DNA of 64,000 nucleotides from Cetorhinus maximus (taxonomy: Eukaryota): NCBI RefSeq assembly GCF_964194155.1, contig NC_135901.1:16740001-16804000 (forward strand), written 5' to 3'. The position numbers and the translations under genes are program-made. Shown here one piece after another: positions 23,380 to 36,701 of the stretch. The number at the start of each line of letters is the position of its first letter. The first letter of the stretch is position 1. Below the pieces are notes generated by a model. The model did no database searches, was not told the origin of the DNA, and was given only the letters and a program-made list of their open reading frames with translations.

Positions 23380-24432
23380 AGCCATGGGGTGTGGGACCCG
23401 GTGGGACGCACGATCTGGATTGGCCAATGAGCTGTGACCGGGGAGTGAACAGGAGTGGAGTGAATGGTCATTAAGACACCAGGTGAGGCAGTGACCCAGC
23501 CATTGGGCTTGATCAGATCATCAGCTCCGTTCATGACAGCTTTTTCAGTGTCGTTTCTCCAGAGTGATTAAACATCTTGACCATCCCACTAGAGTCTGGG
23601 TGGTAGGGGATGCGGAAATGTTGTTCCACACCCACAAGATGACACAGCTGCTGTATTGCCTCTGCTGTGAAATGAGAACCATTATCACTCTCTATCCTTT
23701 TCAGAAAACTCCATCTGGTAAAGATCTGTTCCCACAAAGTTTTAGCTGTAGGTGACTGCATCATTTATACAGACAGGGAAAGCTTCAATCCACCATGTAA
23801 ACATATCTATAACTACCAGGATATATACCGGTCCCTTCCTTTTACTGTGTGTAATAGGCCTGTATATGTAACTGCAATGTTTTCCAGGGAACATCATTCA
23901 GATGGGACATGTCCATTGGGACCTTTCATTTCACAGGTCTGGATTAATTTGGACACAGATGAGACACAGGTTCAGGTGGTGATGGACGTCCTGGTGCATT
24001 GAGAACTCAAGGAAAGAGAAACGTGCCCCAATTTGATCCATAAACAAAATTAATTATTTTCTAAGACATTAAGGTGTGACCCAATTCAAATTAGAGCCAT
24101 TCTTGTAATAGGAATGTTGAGGCCACGATCAGATCGCCAATCATCTTATTGAATGGCTGAGCAGGCCCGAGTGGCCTACCCCTAATTCATATGTTCGTAT
24201 CATGTATAATGGGGGGAGACCTTACTGGCTGTGAGTGATGAGGGAAAGTCTTTCCTATGGTGCCTGGCCTTTTTGGCCATAATCACAATGATTGTATTTT
24301 GGGTGGATCACAAGGAATCCCCTCTGGAGCAGCTTTCCTACTGAGTCGGTCAGTCTGGTTATTACCATCACCCTCTTCACTAACCCCTGCTGCTGATGCA
24401 CCTTCACCTTACAAATAGCAACTTGTCCTGGT
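23380..24432 (-). mobile_element. ERV/LTR-retroelement pol relic (RNase H C-terminus plus integrase)
   Basis: IESDNGSHF and YHPDSSGMVK in ORF 23531-23764; upstream IDMFTWWIEAFP; VAICKVKVH and DGNNQTDRLSRKAA at 24320-24432. Confidence 0.75.
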
Positions 24433-25777
24433 CACTTACCAGCAATATCTCAAATCATTCGGAGTTTGAAATGGTGGGTGAGAGTTTTCCTTTCTGCTGT
24501 GGAGAGGCTGTGTTTTTGTTGCCGGAGAAGTAAGTTTACACTGAGGGAGTTACAAATAAAGGAGCTTTCAGAATAGTTGGTGGTTCTCTCAGTAACGCCT
24601 TGAAGGGCTGTGACCATAATAACCTCAGCTTTCTGGGCTAAATATTGTGGTGGGTGTTTAATAGGATACAATGGCTGTCATGGGGAAGTGAAGACACAGC
24701 AGGAGTCTGATACGGTCCTTGTATTTTTTTTATTCATTCATGGGATGTGGGCTTCGCTGGCTGGGTCAGCATTTTTGCCAATCCCTAGTGGCCCTTGAGA
24801 AGGTGGTGGTGAGCTGCCTTCTTAAACCACTGCAGTCCATGTGGTGTAGGTACACTCACAGTGTTCTTAGGGTGTTCCAGGATTTTGACGCAGTGATAGT
24901 GAAGGAACGGTGATATATTTCCAAGTCTGTGACGTGGAGGGGAACTTCTAGGGGGAGGTGTTCCCATCTATCTGCTGCCCTTGTCCTTCTAGATGGTAGT
25001 TGTCGTGGGTTTGGAAGGTGCTGTCGAAGGAGCCTTGGTGAATTCCTGCAGTGCATCTTGTAGATGGTACACACTGCTGCCACTGTGAGTCGATGGTGGA
25101 GGGAGTGAATGTTTGTGGATGGGATGCCAATCAAGCAGGCTGCCTTGTCCTGGATGGTGTCAATCTTCTTGAGTGTTGTGGGAGCTGCACTCATCCAGGC
25201 AAGTGGGGAATATTCCATCACACTCCTGATTTGTGCCTTGTAGATGCTGGACAGGTTTTGGGGAGTCAGGAAGTGAGTTATTTATCACAGAGTTCCTAGC
25301 TGCTGACCTGCTCTTGTAGCCACAGTAGTTATATGGCTAGTCCAGTTCAGTTACTGGCCAATGGTAACCCACAGTATGTTGATAGAGGGAGATTCAGTGA
25401 TGGTAATTCCATTGAACATCAAGGAGCGATGGTTGGGTTCACTCTTGTTGGAGATGGTCATTGCCTGGCACTTTTATGGTGCGAATTTTACTTGCCACTT
25501 GTCAGCCCAAGCCTGGATATTGTCCAGGTCTTGCTGCATTTGGACATGTATTGCTTCAGTGTCTGAGGAGTTGCAAATGGTGCTGAACATTGTGCAATCA
25601 TCAGAAATATCCCCAATTCTGACCTTATGATGGAAGGAAGGTCATTGACGAAGCAGCTGAAAATAGTTGGGCCGAGGACACTACCCTTAGGAATTCCCGC
25701 AGTGAAGTCCTGGAGCTGAGTTGATTGACCTCCAACCACCAAAACCATCTTCCTTTGTGCAAGGTATGACTCCAACC

Positions 25778-28695
25778 ATAAGACCATAAGACGTAGGAGA
25801 AAAACTAGGCTGTTCAGCCCACCGAGTCTGCTCCGCCATTCAGTGAGATCATGGCTGATCTGACAATCCTCAACTCTACTTTCCTGCCTTTTCCCCATTA
25901 CCCTTGATTCCCTTACTGATAAAAATGTGTCTATCACAGCCTTGAATATACTTAATTATCCAGCCTCTACAGCTCTCTGCGGTAAAGAATTCCACAGATT
26001 CACTATCCTCGTATAGAAGATAATTCCTCCTCATCTCTGTCTTAAATGGGTGACTCCTTGCTCTGAGATTATGCCCTCTGGTCCTAGCCTCCCCTACAAG
26101 GGGAAACAACCTCTCAGTATCTACTCTGTTAAGCCCTCTAAAAATCTTATACGTTCCAATAAGGTCATCTCTCATTCTTCTAAACCCCAATGAGTACAGG
26201 CCCAACCTACTCAACCTCTCCTCATGAGAAAATCCCTCCATACCCGGGATCAACCTCGTGAACCTTCTCTGGACTGCCTCCAATGCCAGTATATTTTTCC
26301 TGAGATAAGGGGACAAACTGTTCACAATATTCTAGGTGTGGTCTAACTCATGCCTTGTATAGTTTTAGCAAGCCTTCCCTATTTTTACTCTCCATTCCTT
26401 TTGAAATAAAGGACAACATTCAATTTGCCTTCCCTCTTACCTGATGAACTGATATGTTAGCTTTGTGGGACTCATGCATGAGCACTCCCAAATCCCTGTG
26501 TGCTGTAGCTTTCTGCAGTCTTTCTCCATCTAAATAACATTCAGCTCCTCTATTCTTCCTGCCAAAATGCATAATCTCACACTTTCCACATTAGATTTCA
26601 CGTACCAAGTTTTTTTTTCCCACTCACTTAACCTGTCTATATCCCTCTGTGGATCCTTTGTGTCATCCTCACCACTTGCCTTCCCACCTATTTTTCTGTC
26701 ATTTGCAAAGTTGGCGATAGTACATTCACTTCCCACATCTACGTCATTAATATATATTGTAAAAAATTGTGACCCCAGCACTGAACGGAAGTGGCTGCAG
26801 AGATAGTGGAGGCATTGGTCGAAATATTCCAGAACTCACTGGATTCTGGGAGGGTCCCAGCGGATTGGAAAACGTCTAACCTGATGCCCCTGTTCAAGAA
26901 GGGAGGGACTATAGGCTATACGCCAGTCAACCTAACATCTGTAGCTGGGAAAAAGGTAGATTCCATTATTAAAGAAGAAATAGCAGGACATTTAGAAAAG
27001 CTGAACGCAATCAAACAGAGTCAACATGGTTTTGTGACAGGAAAATCATGTTTGACAAATTTTCTAGAGTTCTTTGACGATGTAATAAGTGGAGTTGATA
27101 AAGGGTAACTTTAGTGTATTTAGATTTCCGGAAGGCATTCAGCAAGGTGTCACGTAAAAGATTATTGCTCATGATGGGAGCTCACGATATTTGGGGGAAT
27201 TGATTGAGGATTGGTTATCACACAAAAGACAGGGAGTCATGATTAATGGGTCTTTTTTCAGGTTGGAAAGATGTAACTAGTGGAGTGCCACAAGGATCAG
27301 TCCGAGGGCCTCAATTATTTATGATCTATATTAATGACTCGGTGGAGGGGGCAGAGTGTAATGTATCCAAACTTGCTGAAGATACAAAATTAGCTGGGAG
27401 GGCACGTTATGATGAGAACATGAGGAATCTTCAAGGGGATATAGATAGGCTGAGTGAGTAGGCAAAAGCTTGGCAGATAGAGTTTAATGTAGGAAAATGT
27501 GAGGTTATGCACTTTGGTAGCGAGAATCAAAAGGCAAACTATTATTTAAATGGAGACAGACTCCAAAAAAGTGCAGCACAGCAAGATTTGGGTGTTCTTG
27601 TGCATGAAACATAAAAAGTTAGCATGCAGGTTCAGCAAGCGATTATGAAGGCAAATTGAATTTTGGCCTGTATTGCTAGGGGGTTGGAGTTTAAGAATAG
27701 GGAAGTCTTGTTTCAACTGTACAGGGTGTTGGTGAGGCTGCACCTGGAGTACTGTGTACAGTTTTGGTCCCCGTATTTAAGAAAGGATATACTGGCATTG
27801 GAGGCAGTTCAGAAAGATTCACTCAGTTGATGCCTGACATGAAGGGGTTGACTTATCAAGAACAGCCAAACAGGTTAGACCTTTATTTATTAGAGTTTAG
27901 AAGAATGAGGGGTGATCTTATTGAAACATAAAAAATTCTGAGGGGGCTTGACAGGGTAGATGTTGAGAAGATGTTTCCACTAGAGGGGGAATCTCGAACT
28001 AGGGGACTTAGTTACAGAATAAGGGGTCTTTAAAACCGAGATGCGTAGGAATGTCTTCTTTCAGAGGGTAATGAATGTCTGGAATTCTCTACCCCAGAAA
28101 GTTGTAGAGGGTAGATCACTGAAAGTATTTAAAGAGGAGGGAGATAGATTTTTGAAATACCGGGGAGTTGAGGGCTATGTGGAGCTGGCGTGAAAGAGGA
28201 GTTGGGGCCTGGAGCAGATCAGCCATGATCTTATTGAATGGCCTATTCCTGCTCCTATTTCTTATGTTCTTATGATCCATGTGTCACTCTACTAGTTACA
28301 GGTCGCCATCCTGAAAATGCGGCCCTTATCCCAACTCTCTGTCTTCTATTAGTTAGCCAATCCTCTATCCATGCTAAAATACTACCTCCAACACGATGGC
28401 CTCTTATCTTAATAAGTGGCCTTATGTCTGGTGCCTTATCAAACACCTTTTGGAAATCCAAATATATTACATCCACTGGTTCCCCTTTATCTATCGTGCT
28501 TGTTACCTCCTCAAAGAATTGTAATAAATTTGTCAGGCATGATTTCCCCTTCATGACGCCTTTCTGACTCTGCTTGATTATATTATGCATTTTTAAATGC
28601 TCTACTATTACATCCTTTATAATATACTCTAACATTATCCCAGTGAGGGAGGTTAAGCTAACTGGCCTTTTTTTTGTCTCCTCCCTTTGTGAATA
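25778..28695 (-). mobile_element. CR1 LINE nested in the second LINE, itself split by another CR1
   Basis: ORFs 25876-26325, 26530-26781 and 28270-28785 are collinear ORF2 pieces. Confidence 0.85.
26785..28273 (+). mobile_element. CR1 LINE, innermost nested copy
   Basis: ORFs 26791-27108 and 27246-27461; 3' tail cttatgttcttat. Confidence 0.85.
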
Positions 28696-29529
28696 CAGTG
28701 GAGAGTTTTCCCCCGATTCCCATTGACTCCAATATTCCGAGTGCTCCTTGATGCCGCACTCAGTCAAATGCGGCCTTGATGTCAAGGGCAGTCACTCTCA
28801 CCTCATACTGCAACATCACAGGCAACTGGTAGTTGTGAGGCTGCAATCTTTTAATGCCTTTGCTTTGTAACTCAATAATTCATCTACTCCATCCCACTCG
28901 GGATACTCCCTTAACTTGGGCTTTATTAATAATGTCACTGTGATATGTGGGGTGTGCAGAATTATTGTAATAAACTCTACCAGGTACTCTATGGGCTTAA
29001 CTAACCAGTGAACGCTTGATATTGGCTCAGGACACTGGGCCAGTGATCTTTCCACGCAGGTGAATGTGCCTGAGAAGCACCCAACTGAAAAAGCTTTTCC
29101 ATTCACCTCCTGCATCACTGCAGCGGATATACATTGTTCTGACAGTGCCAGCAGGGCTGTGGAATTAATTGGATAGATCTTCCAAAGAGCCAGCACAAGC
29201 ATGATGGGCTAAGTGATTTTCATCTGTTCTTTTAGAACAGTGAATATTCCTCATCCCGTGATGGAAAGAGGAACCAGAGACTATGGGATTGAACGTAGCG
29301 AGAATCAGCACCTTCAGGGCAGAAGAGAGACATGGGAACAAGTGGCAAAAGCTTTAAAAACTCAGTGCATTCCTACAAGAGAGAAGCAGTTTAAATCACT
29401 TTGAGCAATTTGAATATGGAAGAGCATCTATTCACGAGGATCCATGGGTGTCTTTTTATTTATTGATCTCAATTATTTTCTTTCCCCTCTGGGGATTCAA
29501 TGGCGCTACTGTTACCCAACATTCCCTAC

Positions 29530-30010
29530 GGTTGTGAATGTGCCCTATTTACACTCCAGTAGCCCAGTACGCAGGCGCAGTGCTGGACTGTATCTGGAGC
29601 ATGCGCAGTGTCACTTTGATCAGTGTCCTGGATTTTTTTCAGCGGGTGAGATTCGATGGGGCGGAGTGAGGAATGTAGCCGGGAGTCGGCGTCGAGAGGG
29701 AGCGGCGGCATCATAAACACTTGACGTAGGCCGCAAATCGGGAATAGGACTCTGCAAATCCCGCGTTTTCATCTCTGGGGCTTTTTCCCGGAAATAGGCC
29801 CAGTTTGATGGTCGCCATATTGGTTCAGTGGCCATCTTGGTGACGAAACAGAGCATGGGCGGGGCTTCAGGGCACCTGTGACCAGGAGAGAAAATCATTG
29901 GCTCATTGATTTTATTCTCGCGCTGCACACAGGAGATGGCGAATGTCCCGGGTTAATTACCGCCATCATTTGAAGGGCAATGTGCTGCTGGGCGCACGCG
30001 CTGCCATCCT
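29530..30010 (+). promoter_or_regulatory. CpG-island promoter of gene 5
   Basis: Homologous to the reverse complement of 7110-7250; NRF1-, YY1- and ETS-type motifs; candidate donor gtgaga at ~29646. Confidence 0.65.
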
Positions 30011-30011
30011 A

Positions 30012-31352
30012 ACAACATCAGAATAAGAACATCAGAACTCGGAGCAGGAGCTGGCCTGTCGGCCCATTGAGCATGATGCACCATTCAATGAGATCATGGC
30101 TGATCTGATTGTGGTCTTAACTGCACTGCCCGCCCCTTATTTTGATGCTTAAATGAAAAATTTGTCTAACTCGGTCTCAATTAGTCTTTTGGTAGTAAAG
30201 AACTTGAGTGTTGCTGAAAAAAGAGACGTGGAAGCTTTTCGTCTTGTACTCATGGGGGCACTTCGCAAGAATACCAATGTAAGGAAAAACAACCATATAT
30301 ACTGTATATAAAGAGAATGCTGATTGGTTGGCAAGTGGACTCTGATTGGTAGAGGCGTTGCTATGCAAAATGCACTAGTGATGGTGACTGACAGTTAACT
30401 GCAAAGCATTGTTTGAAATTTGAACCAGTTTGACCCTGATTGGTCAAGGCATTGTCCTGAGGAATGAGTCAGCAAATGGCTGTCACTTATTTTGTTTAGC
30501 TGAAACAGGCGCAATGTGTGTATATGTTTTTTCTGTCTGCAAAGAACAGAGCCCTATAATATATGTAGCTTCCAGTACATGCAAATGCACCACACTGCAA
30601 GCCCAACTAAGAATCTTAAATTGGTTGTCAATGTAATTTTTAGCACACTGACGATTATTTAGCAAATGTTGTCCAATCACGGAATCACATCTAATATTGG
30701 ACACTGTTTTGAGCTTTGCAAACACAGGCTGGTTGGGTATGGTCTGTTTGCAATGCTTGGCAGTTAACTGTCAGTCACTATCACTGGTGCATTCTCCATG
30801 GCAATGCCTCTACCAATCAAAGCCTACTTGCCAACCAATCAGCACTCGCTTTGCATGCAGTATATATAGTTGTTTTCCCCTTATATTGGTATTCTTGCCA
30901 GCTGTCCTGTTCAGTGCAAGATGAAAAACTTCAACATGTCCCTTTTTTTTTTAGCAATACTCAACTTTGCATCTATTCAATAACCAGACCTCCACTCCTT
31001 GCTGGGGAAGAGAGTTCCACAAACTAATGGATGCCTGAGAGAAGAAATTTCTCCTCACTTCAGTCTTCCGCATCTCAGTCAAAATTATTGAAAACCTTTA
31101 TTTTTAAATTGTGCCTCTTTGTTCCATATTCTCCCATGAGGGGAAAAAGCCCTCTCAGGATCCACCCTGTTAAGTGCCCTCAGGATATTACAGGTTTCAA
31201 TAAAATCACCTCTCATTCTTCGAAACTCCAATGAATACAGACCCACCTTGCTCAACCTTTCCTCATGAGGCAAAGCCTCTCATTCCAGGAATCAGCCTAG
31301 CAAACCTTCTCTGAACTGCTTCCAATGCAAATATGTCCTTGCTTAAGTTATC
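30012..31352 (-). mobile_element. CR1 3' fragment inserted in the gene 5 promoter-proximal module
   Basis: CR1 3'UTR 30020-30180, continues at 30965-31352. Confidence 0.75.
30183..30965 (-). mobile_element. Penelope-like element: GIY-YIG C-terminus with inverted pLTRs
   Basis: ORF 30483-30725 SVIGQHLLNN...FKILS...LHVLEATYI; ~210-bp inverted arms ~30205-30411 / ~30750-30964. Confidence 0.8.
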
Positions 31353-32899
31353 TTGGACCAGGCAGCAGGAGGAGAGAATATTGTGAATTTCTATCCTGGA
31401 CTGACAGTGATGGAGTCTGGAACCCCTTTTACAGGGGTTAGGAGGGGAGGATTTACACACAGCAAACTCAAATCAAGAGAAATGTTTGTCTCTTCTGAAT
31501 TTGTACCTGCATCTGACACTTATGACTTTTGTAATCTCCTTTTACAGAGAGCTAGAAGATTTGAAGTCTGTGAGATTTTTCTCTGACTCCAATGCTTCTG
31601 ATATCTTTCCAGCTGCAGGCTCCAGCAGGAGATTTTAAATTTGAAAACAGTGAAATTGTTTCAGGGGTGAGTATTATTGAACATTCATCGACAATTTAGA
31701 GCTTTTACTGCTGCGCTCTGGTCCCATGTCTCTGAGGCTGGTGTGGCTCCTTTACTGTGGATCTGAATCCATGTCCATCCATTGCTCTGCTTCACCCCTA
31801 CCCTTCACAATCACCTCTCTACCGTTGTATGGCTCCATCTGCCTCTAATGATGGGTGTATTTTAACCATGTTTAGTATTTTACTGTTATTTTCACCAACT
31901 GTGTCTAAATGAGGCTTCCACTGCTGCCCATCCCCCCAGCTATTCACTGTTGATTTACCAGCTTTATCTTCCCATGGCCAGGAATTATTTTTCCTGCACT
32001 AGAGATCATTTCTCTCCCACTTCTGAGCTTATATTGACTGTCAAATTCTGCTTCATTTGTATTCCCCATAATTCATTCTGTACACCCTGAAATGTTAACT
32101 CTTTCTCTTTCCACAGTTACTGCCTGACCTGCTGAGTATTTCTAGCACTTGCTCTTTTTATTTCAGATTTCCAGCAGCTGCAGTATTTTGGTTTGGTTTT
32201 ATTGCAGGCATTTCTCACAGAACCGAGTCTGGGAACAGAGATGAACCAATTAAGAACGGATTTGTATTTGGGTGGGTGTTGATTGGAGAGGTTGGTCCCT
32301 GGCCTCCAGTGTTAGTCTTTTTCATGCAGCCATAGAATGATTACAATACAGGAGGCCATTTATCCTGTCATTCCTGTGCTGGCTGTGTGCAACTGCAGAT
32401 CAGCTAGTCCCACTCCCTGCCCTTTCCTCATAGCCCAGCTTTTTCTCTTCAGGTACTTATCCAATTTTATTTTCAAAGCCTTTGCTGTATCAGTTTGAGC
32501 TGGAGTGGAGATGGAGGAGAAGCTGCTGGGTTTAACCACAAGGACCCAGCAATTTCCAACGTGAAGTTGTCAAAGGGAGGTAGGTTTTGGGGAAGATGAG
32601 GTTGATGAGCAGACACTGGCCATGAAATGTAAAAGATCATTGTTTTAGGAAAAAATATTTCTGTAGATGCTTTTAATCTACTCTACAAATGCATACTTAT
32701 AAAATTTATTCTGGGGATTTGGGCGTCACTAACAAGACCAGCAGCAGATATTTCCCATCCCCAGTTACCTGTGGAGAAGATGATGTTTGACCTTCTTGAA
32801 CTGCTGCAGTCCGTGTGGTGAAGGTGCTCCCACAATGATGTTAGATAAGGAGTTACAGGTTATTCACCAGTGATGAAGAAGAAACAACGATATATGTCC

Positions 32900-34160
32900 A
32901 AATCAATAACAACAATTTGTATTTATATTGCAACTTTAATGTAACAAAATGTTCCAAGGCATTTCCCAGAAATATTACAAAGCAACATTTGACACTGAGC
33001 CACATAAGGAGATATTTGGGCAGGTGACCAGAAGCTTTGTCAAAGAGGTAGGCTTTAAGGAGTATCTTAAAGGGGGAAATTGAGGTAGAGAGGCAGAGAA
33101 GTTTAGGGAGGAAATTCCAGAGCTTACGGCCTAGGCAACTGAAGGCACAGCCACCAAAGGTGGAACAGTTAAAATAGGAATGCTCAGGAGGTTGGAATTA
33201 GATGAGCACAGATATCTCAGAGGATCATGAGACTGATGGAGGTTACAGAGACAGGGAGGGGCCAAGGAGGAATTTGAAAATAAGGATGAGAAATTAAAAA
33301 TTTAGATTCTTCTTAGCCAAGAACCTTTGTCGGTCAGCGGGCACAGGAGTGATGGGCGAGGAAAACTTGGTGTGAGTAAACACAAGGGCAGCAGAGTTTT
33401 GGATAGCCTCAAGATTACAGAGAGGTTGAATGTGGGAGGCTGGCACGGAGTGCCTTAGGATAGTTAAGTCTAGAGGTAACAAAGGAATGGATGAGAGTTT
33501 CAGCAACAGGTGAGCTGAGACTAGGGCAGAGTTGGGCGAAGTTACTGAGGTGGAAACAGGCCGTCTGGGTGATGATGAGGATGTGTGGTTGTAAGCTTTT
33601 TTCATTACTTATTCATGGAATGTGGGGTTGCTGGCTAGGCCAGCATTTATTGCCCATCCCTGATTGCCCTTGTTTAGAGGGCAATTAAGAGCCAGTCACA
33701 TTGCTGTAGGTCTGGAGTCACACGTAGGCCAGACCAGGTAAGGACAGCAGATTTCCTTCCCTAAAGGACATTAGTGAACCAGATGGGTTTTTTTTTGTAG
33801 TAAAAACCCATCTGGTTTACTACTGTCCTCTAGGGATGGAATTCTGCCGTCCTTGTACTGGTCTGGCCGACATGTGACTCCAGACCCACAGCAATGTGGT
33901 TGACTCTTAACTTAGGGATGGGCAATAAATGCTGGTCTAGCTAGCGATGCTCATGAACGAATGATTTTAAAAAAGAGCTCATCTTGGGGTGAAGTATTAC
34001 ACTAAAGTTTTGAACAGTCTGGTTCAGCCTCAGACAGTTGCCAGGGAGAGAGATGAAGTCAGTTGTTAGGGAATGGAGTTTGTAGTAGGGACTGAAGACA
34101 ACACTTTCAGTCTTCCCAGTATTTATATGAAAGAATTTTCTGTTCATTCATTACTGGATG
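32900..34160 (-). mobile_element. L2 LINE 3' relic
   Basis: IQNSAALV..TKFSSPITPV; tail at ~32910; interrupted by the SINE palindrome. Confidence 0.65.
33598..33970. repeat. Fold-back palindrome of a SINE-like repeat
   Basis: Left arm ~33620-33796 and right arm ~33802-33960 are reverse complements around a gtagt loop. Confidence 0.85.
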
Positions 34161-34404
34161 TCAGACCAGTCAGGAGAGTGTGTGACTTCAAGGCGAACTT
34201 GGAGAGTTGGTGTTCACATACACCGGCTACCCTGGTCCTAGGTGCTGGAGGCTAGTGGTTCAGGAGATTTGTCAAAGTTATGGTCGAGTAGTAGGTATAT
34301 AAAATCCCTCTCCTTCAACTGCTGCCTCTCCTACTTCTCTCTCTCTCTCTCCTTCCATAGAGACCAGAGTCTTGCATAGGCCCAGTCTGGGTGGAAGGTT
34401 CCAT

Positions 34405-35170
34405 TAATAAGAACTAGGAGCAGGAGTAGGTTATTCAGTCCCTCGAGCCTGCCCCGCCATTCAATACGATCATGGCTGATCTCATTTCGGCCTCAACTCC
34501 CGCCCTCTCCCCATAACCATTCAACCCGTTACTAATTAAAAATCTGTCTATGTCCTCCTTAAATTTATTCAGCGTCCCGGCATCCACTGCACTCTGAGAT
34601 AGTGAATTCCACAGATTCACGACTTTGAGAAAAGTAATTCCTCCTCATCTCTGATTTAAATCTACCACCCCTTAGCTTAAAACTATGGCCTCTTGTTCTA
34701 GAATGCCCCAGAAGAGGAAACATCCGCTCCACGTCTACTTTGTCTCTCCCCTTTAGCATCTTATATACCTCAATTAGATCTCCTCTCATCCTTCTAAACT
34801 CTAGCAAGTATAGGCCTAAACTGCTCAATCTCTCCTCATAAGACAAGCCCCGCATTTCTGGAATCAATCTAGTGAACTTCCTCTGAACCGCCTCCAATGC
34901 AACTACATCCTTCCTCAAGTAAGGGGACCAGAACTGTGCACAGTGCTCCAGGTGCGGTCTCACCAATGCCTTGTACAGTTGCAGCAATACTTCCCTATTT
35001 TTATACTCTATTCCCTTAGCAATAAATGCCAAAGTTCCATTTGCCTTCCTTATTACCTGCTGTATCTGCATACTAGCTTTCAGCGATTTATGCACGAGGA
35101 CACCCAGACCCCTCTGCACTGAAGCATTCTGAAGTTTCTCTCCATTTAAATAAAAATAATAAATAATAAT
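34405..35170 (-). mobile_element. CR1 3' fragment in the gene 5 intron
   Basis: ORF 34565-35119; the empty site is visible in the paralog at ~9390-9425. Confidence 0.9.
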
Positions 35171-35421
35171 AATTCCCTGAAGGACATTAGTGAACCAGTT
35201 GGGTTTTTAACGACAATCCAGCAGTTCTCATGGTCACTTTTCCCTGGTGCCGGCCCCACAAACTACCAGATTCATTCAGCTCCATTTCACAACCTGCCTT
35301 TGTGTTTCTGCGGGTTCTCTCTCACTCCCTTTTTTCTGTTTTACATCGATTTCACAGGATATTAGAAGGGGAGGATTTGCAGCCCAATTTATCATAATGT
35401 GAATGTCACCGGATTTTGAAC

Positions 35422-36626
35422 ATGGAAGGAGAAAGCACTGTTCACAGTGGAGAGAAACCGCACACGTGTTCTGTGTGTGGTCGAGGCTTCAGCCAATTAT
35501 CTGACCTATCAGAACATAAATGCAGACACAACAGGGAGAAGCCGTGGAAATGTGGGGACTGTGGGAAAGGATTTAATTACCCGTCTGACCTGAAAACTCA
35601 TTGGCGCAGTCACACTGGGGAGAGGCCATTCACCTGCTCCGAGTGTGGGAAGGGATTCACTCAGTCCTCCCACCTGCTGATACATCAATGTGTTCACACT
35701 GATGAGAGACCATTCAGGTGCTCTCACTGTGGGATGCGTTTCAGGCGATCATCTGACCTCAGTATACACCAACGAGTTCACACTGGAGAGAGGCCGTTCA
35801 TCTGCTCCAAGTGCGGGAAGGGATTCACTCGATCATCCAACTTGCTGATACACCAGCAAATTCACACTGGGGAGAGACCATTCACCTGCTCCGAGTGTGG
35901 GAAGGGATTCAATCATTCATCTGACCTGCTGCAACACCAGCGCGTTCACACTGGAGAGAGGCCATTCACCTGCTCTGAGTGTGGGAAGGGGTTCACTTGT
36001 TCATCAGACCTGCTGACACACCAGCGAGTTCACACTGGGGAGAGACCATTCATTTGCTCCAAGTGTGGGACAGGATTTGCTCGCTCATCCACATTACTGA
36101 GGCACCAGCGAGTTCACACTGACGAGAGACCTTTTAAATGCCCAGTCTGTGGGAAGTGTTATAAAAGCTCCAAGGAACTGTTGTCTCATCAACGTGTTCA
36201 CACGGATGAAAGACCATTCAGGTGCTCTCTCTGCGGGACTGGATTCAATCAATCATCTGACCTCACTGTACACCAGCGAATTCACACTGGGGAGAGGCCA
36301 TTCACCTGCACGGAGTGTGGGAAGGGATTCACTCAGTCATCCAATCTGCTCAGACACCAGCGAGTTCACACTGTGGAGCGACCGTTTAAATGCTCAGACG
36401 TGGGAAGTGTTATAAAGGTTCCCAGGAACTGATGTCCCATCAACGTGTTCACGCTGACGAGAGACCATTCAGGTGCTCTCAATGTGGGACTGGATTTAAG
36501 CGATCATCTCAACTCACTGTACACCAGCGAATTCACACTGGGGAGAGACCGTTCAGCTGCACAGACTGTGGGAAGGGATTCACTCAGTCTTCCGCTCTTC
36601 TGAGACACCAGCGAGTTCACAAGTAA
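35422..36626 (+). CDS. C2H2 zinc-finger protein, subfamily B (gene 5): 11 intact fingers, then a 1-nt frameshift and 3 more fingers
   Basis: ORFs 35416-36432 and 36390-36626 overlap; gac-gtggg at 36397-36404 lacks the T of gactgtggg. Confidence 0.8.
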
Positions 36627-36701
36627 TTACCGTGATTGGATTTTACAGCTGGTCACATCCAGGACTGGGCCATGTTCTTTGGGGTCTGTTTTTGCTGATG
36701 T

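Larger units (their letters stand above)
24720..28810 (-). mobile_element. Second LINE family (CR1/Jockey group), host of nested CR1 copies
   Basis: MEYSPLAWMSAAPTTLKK; breaks at ~25777 and resumes at ~28697. Confidence 0.75.
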
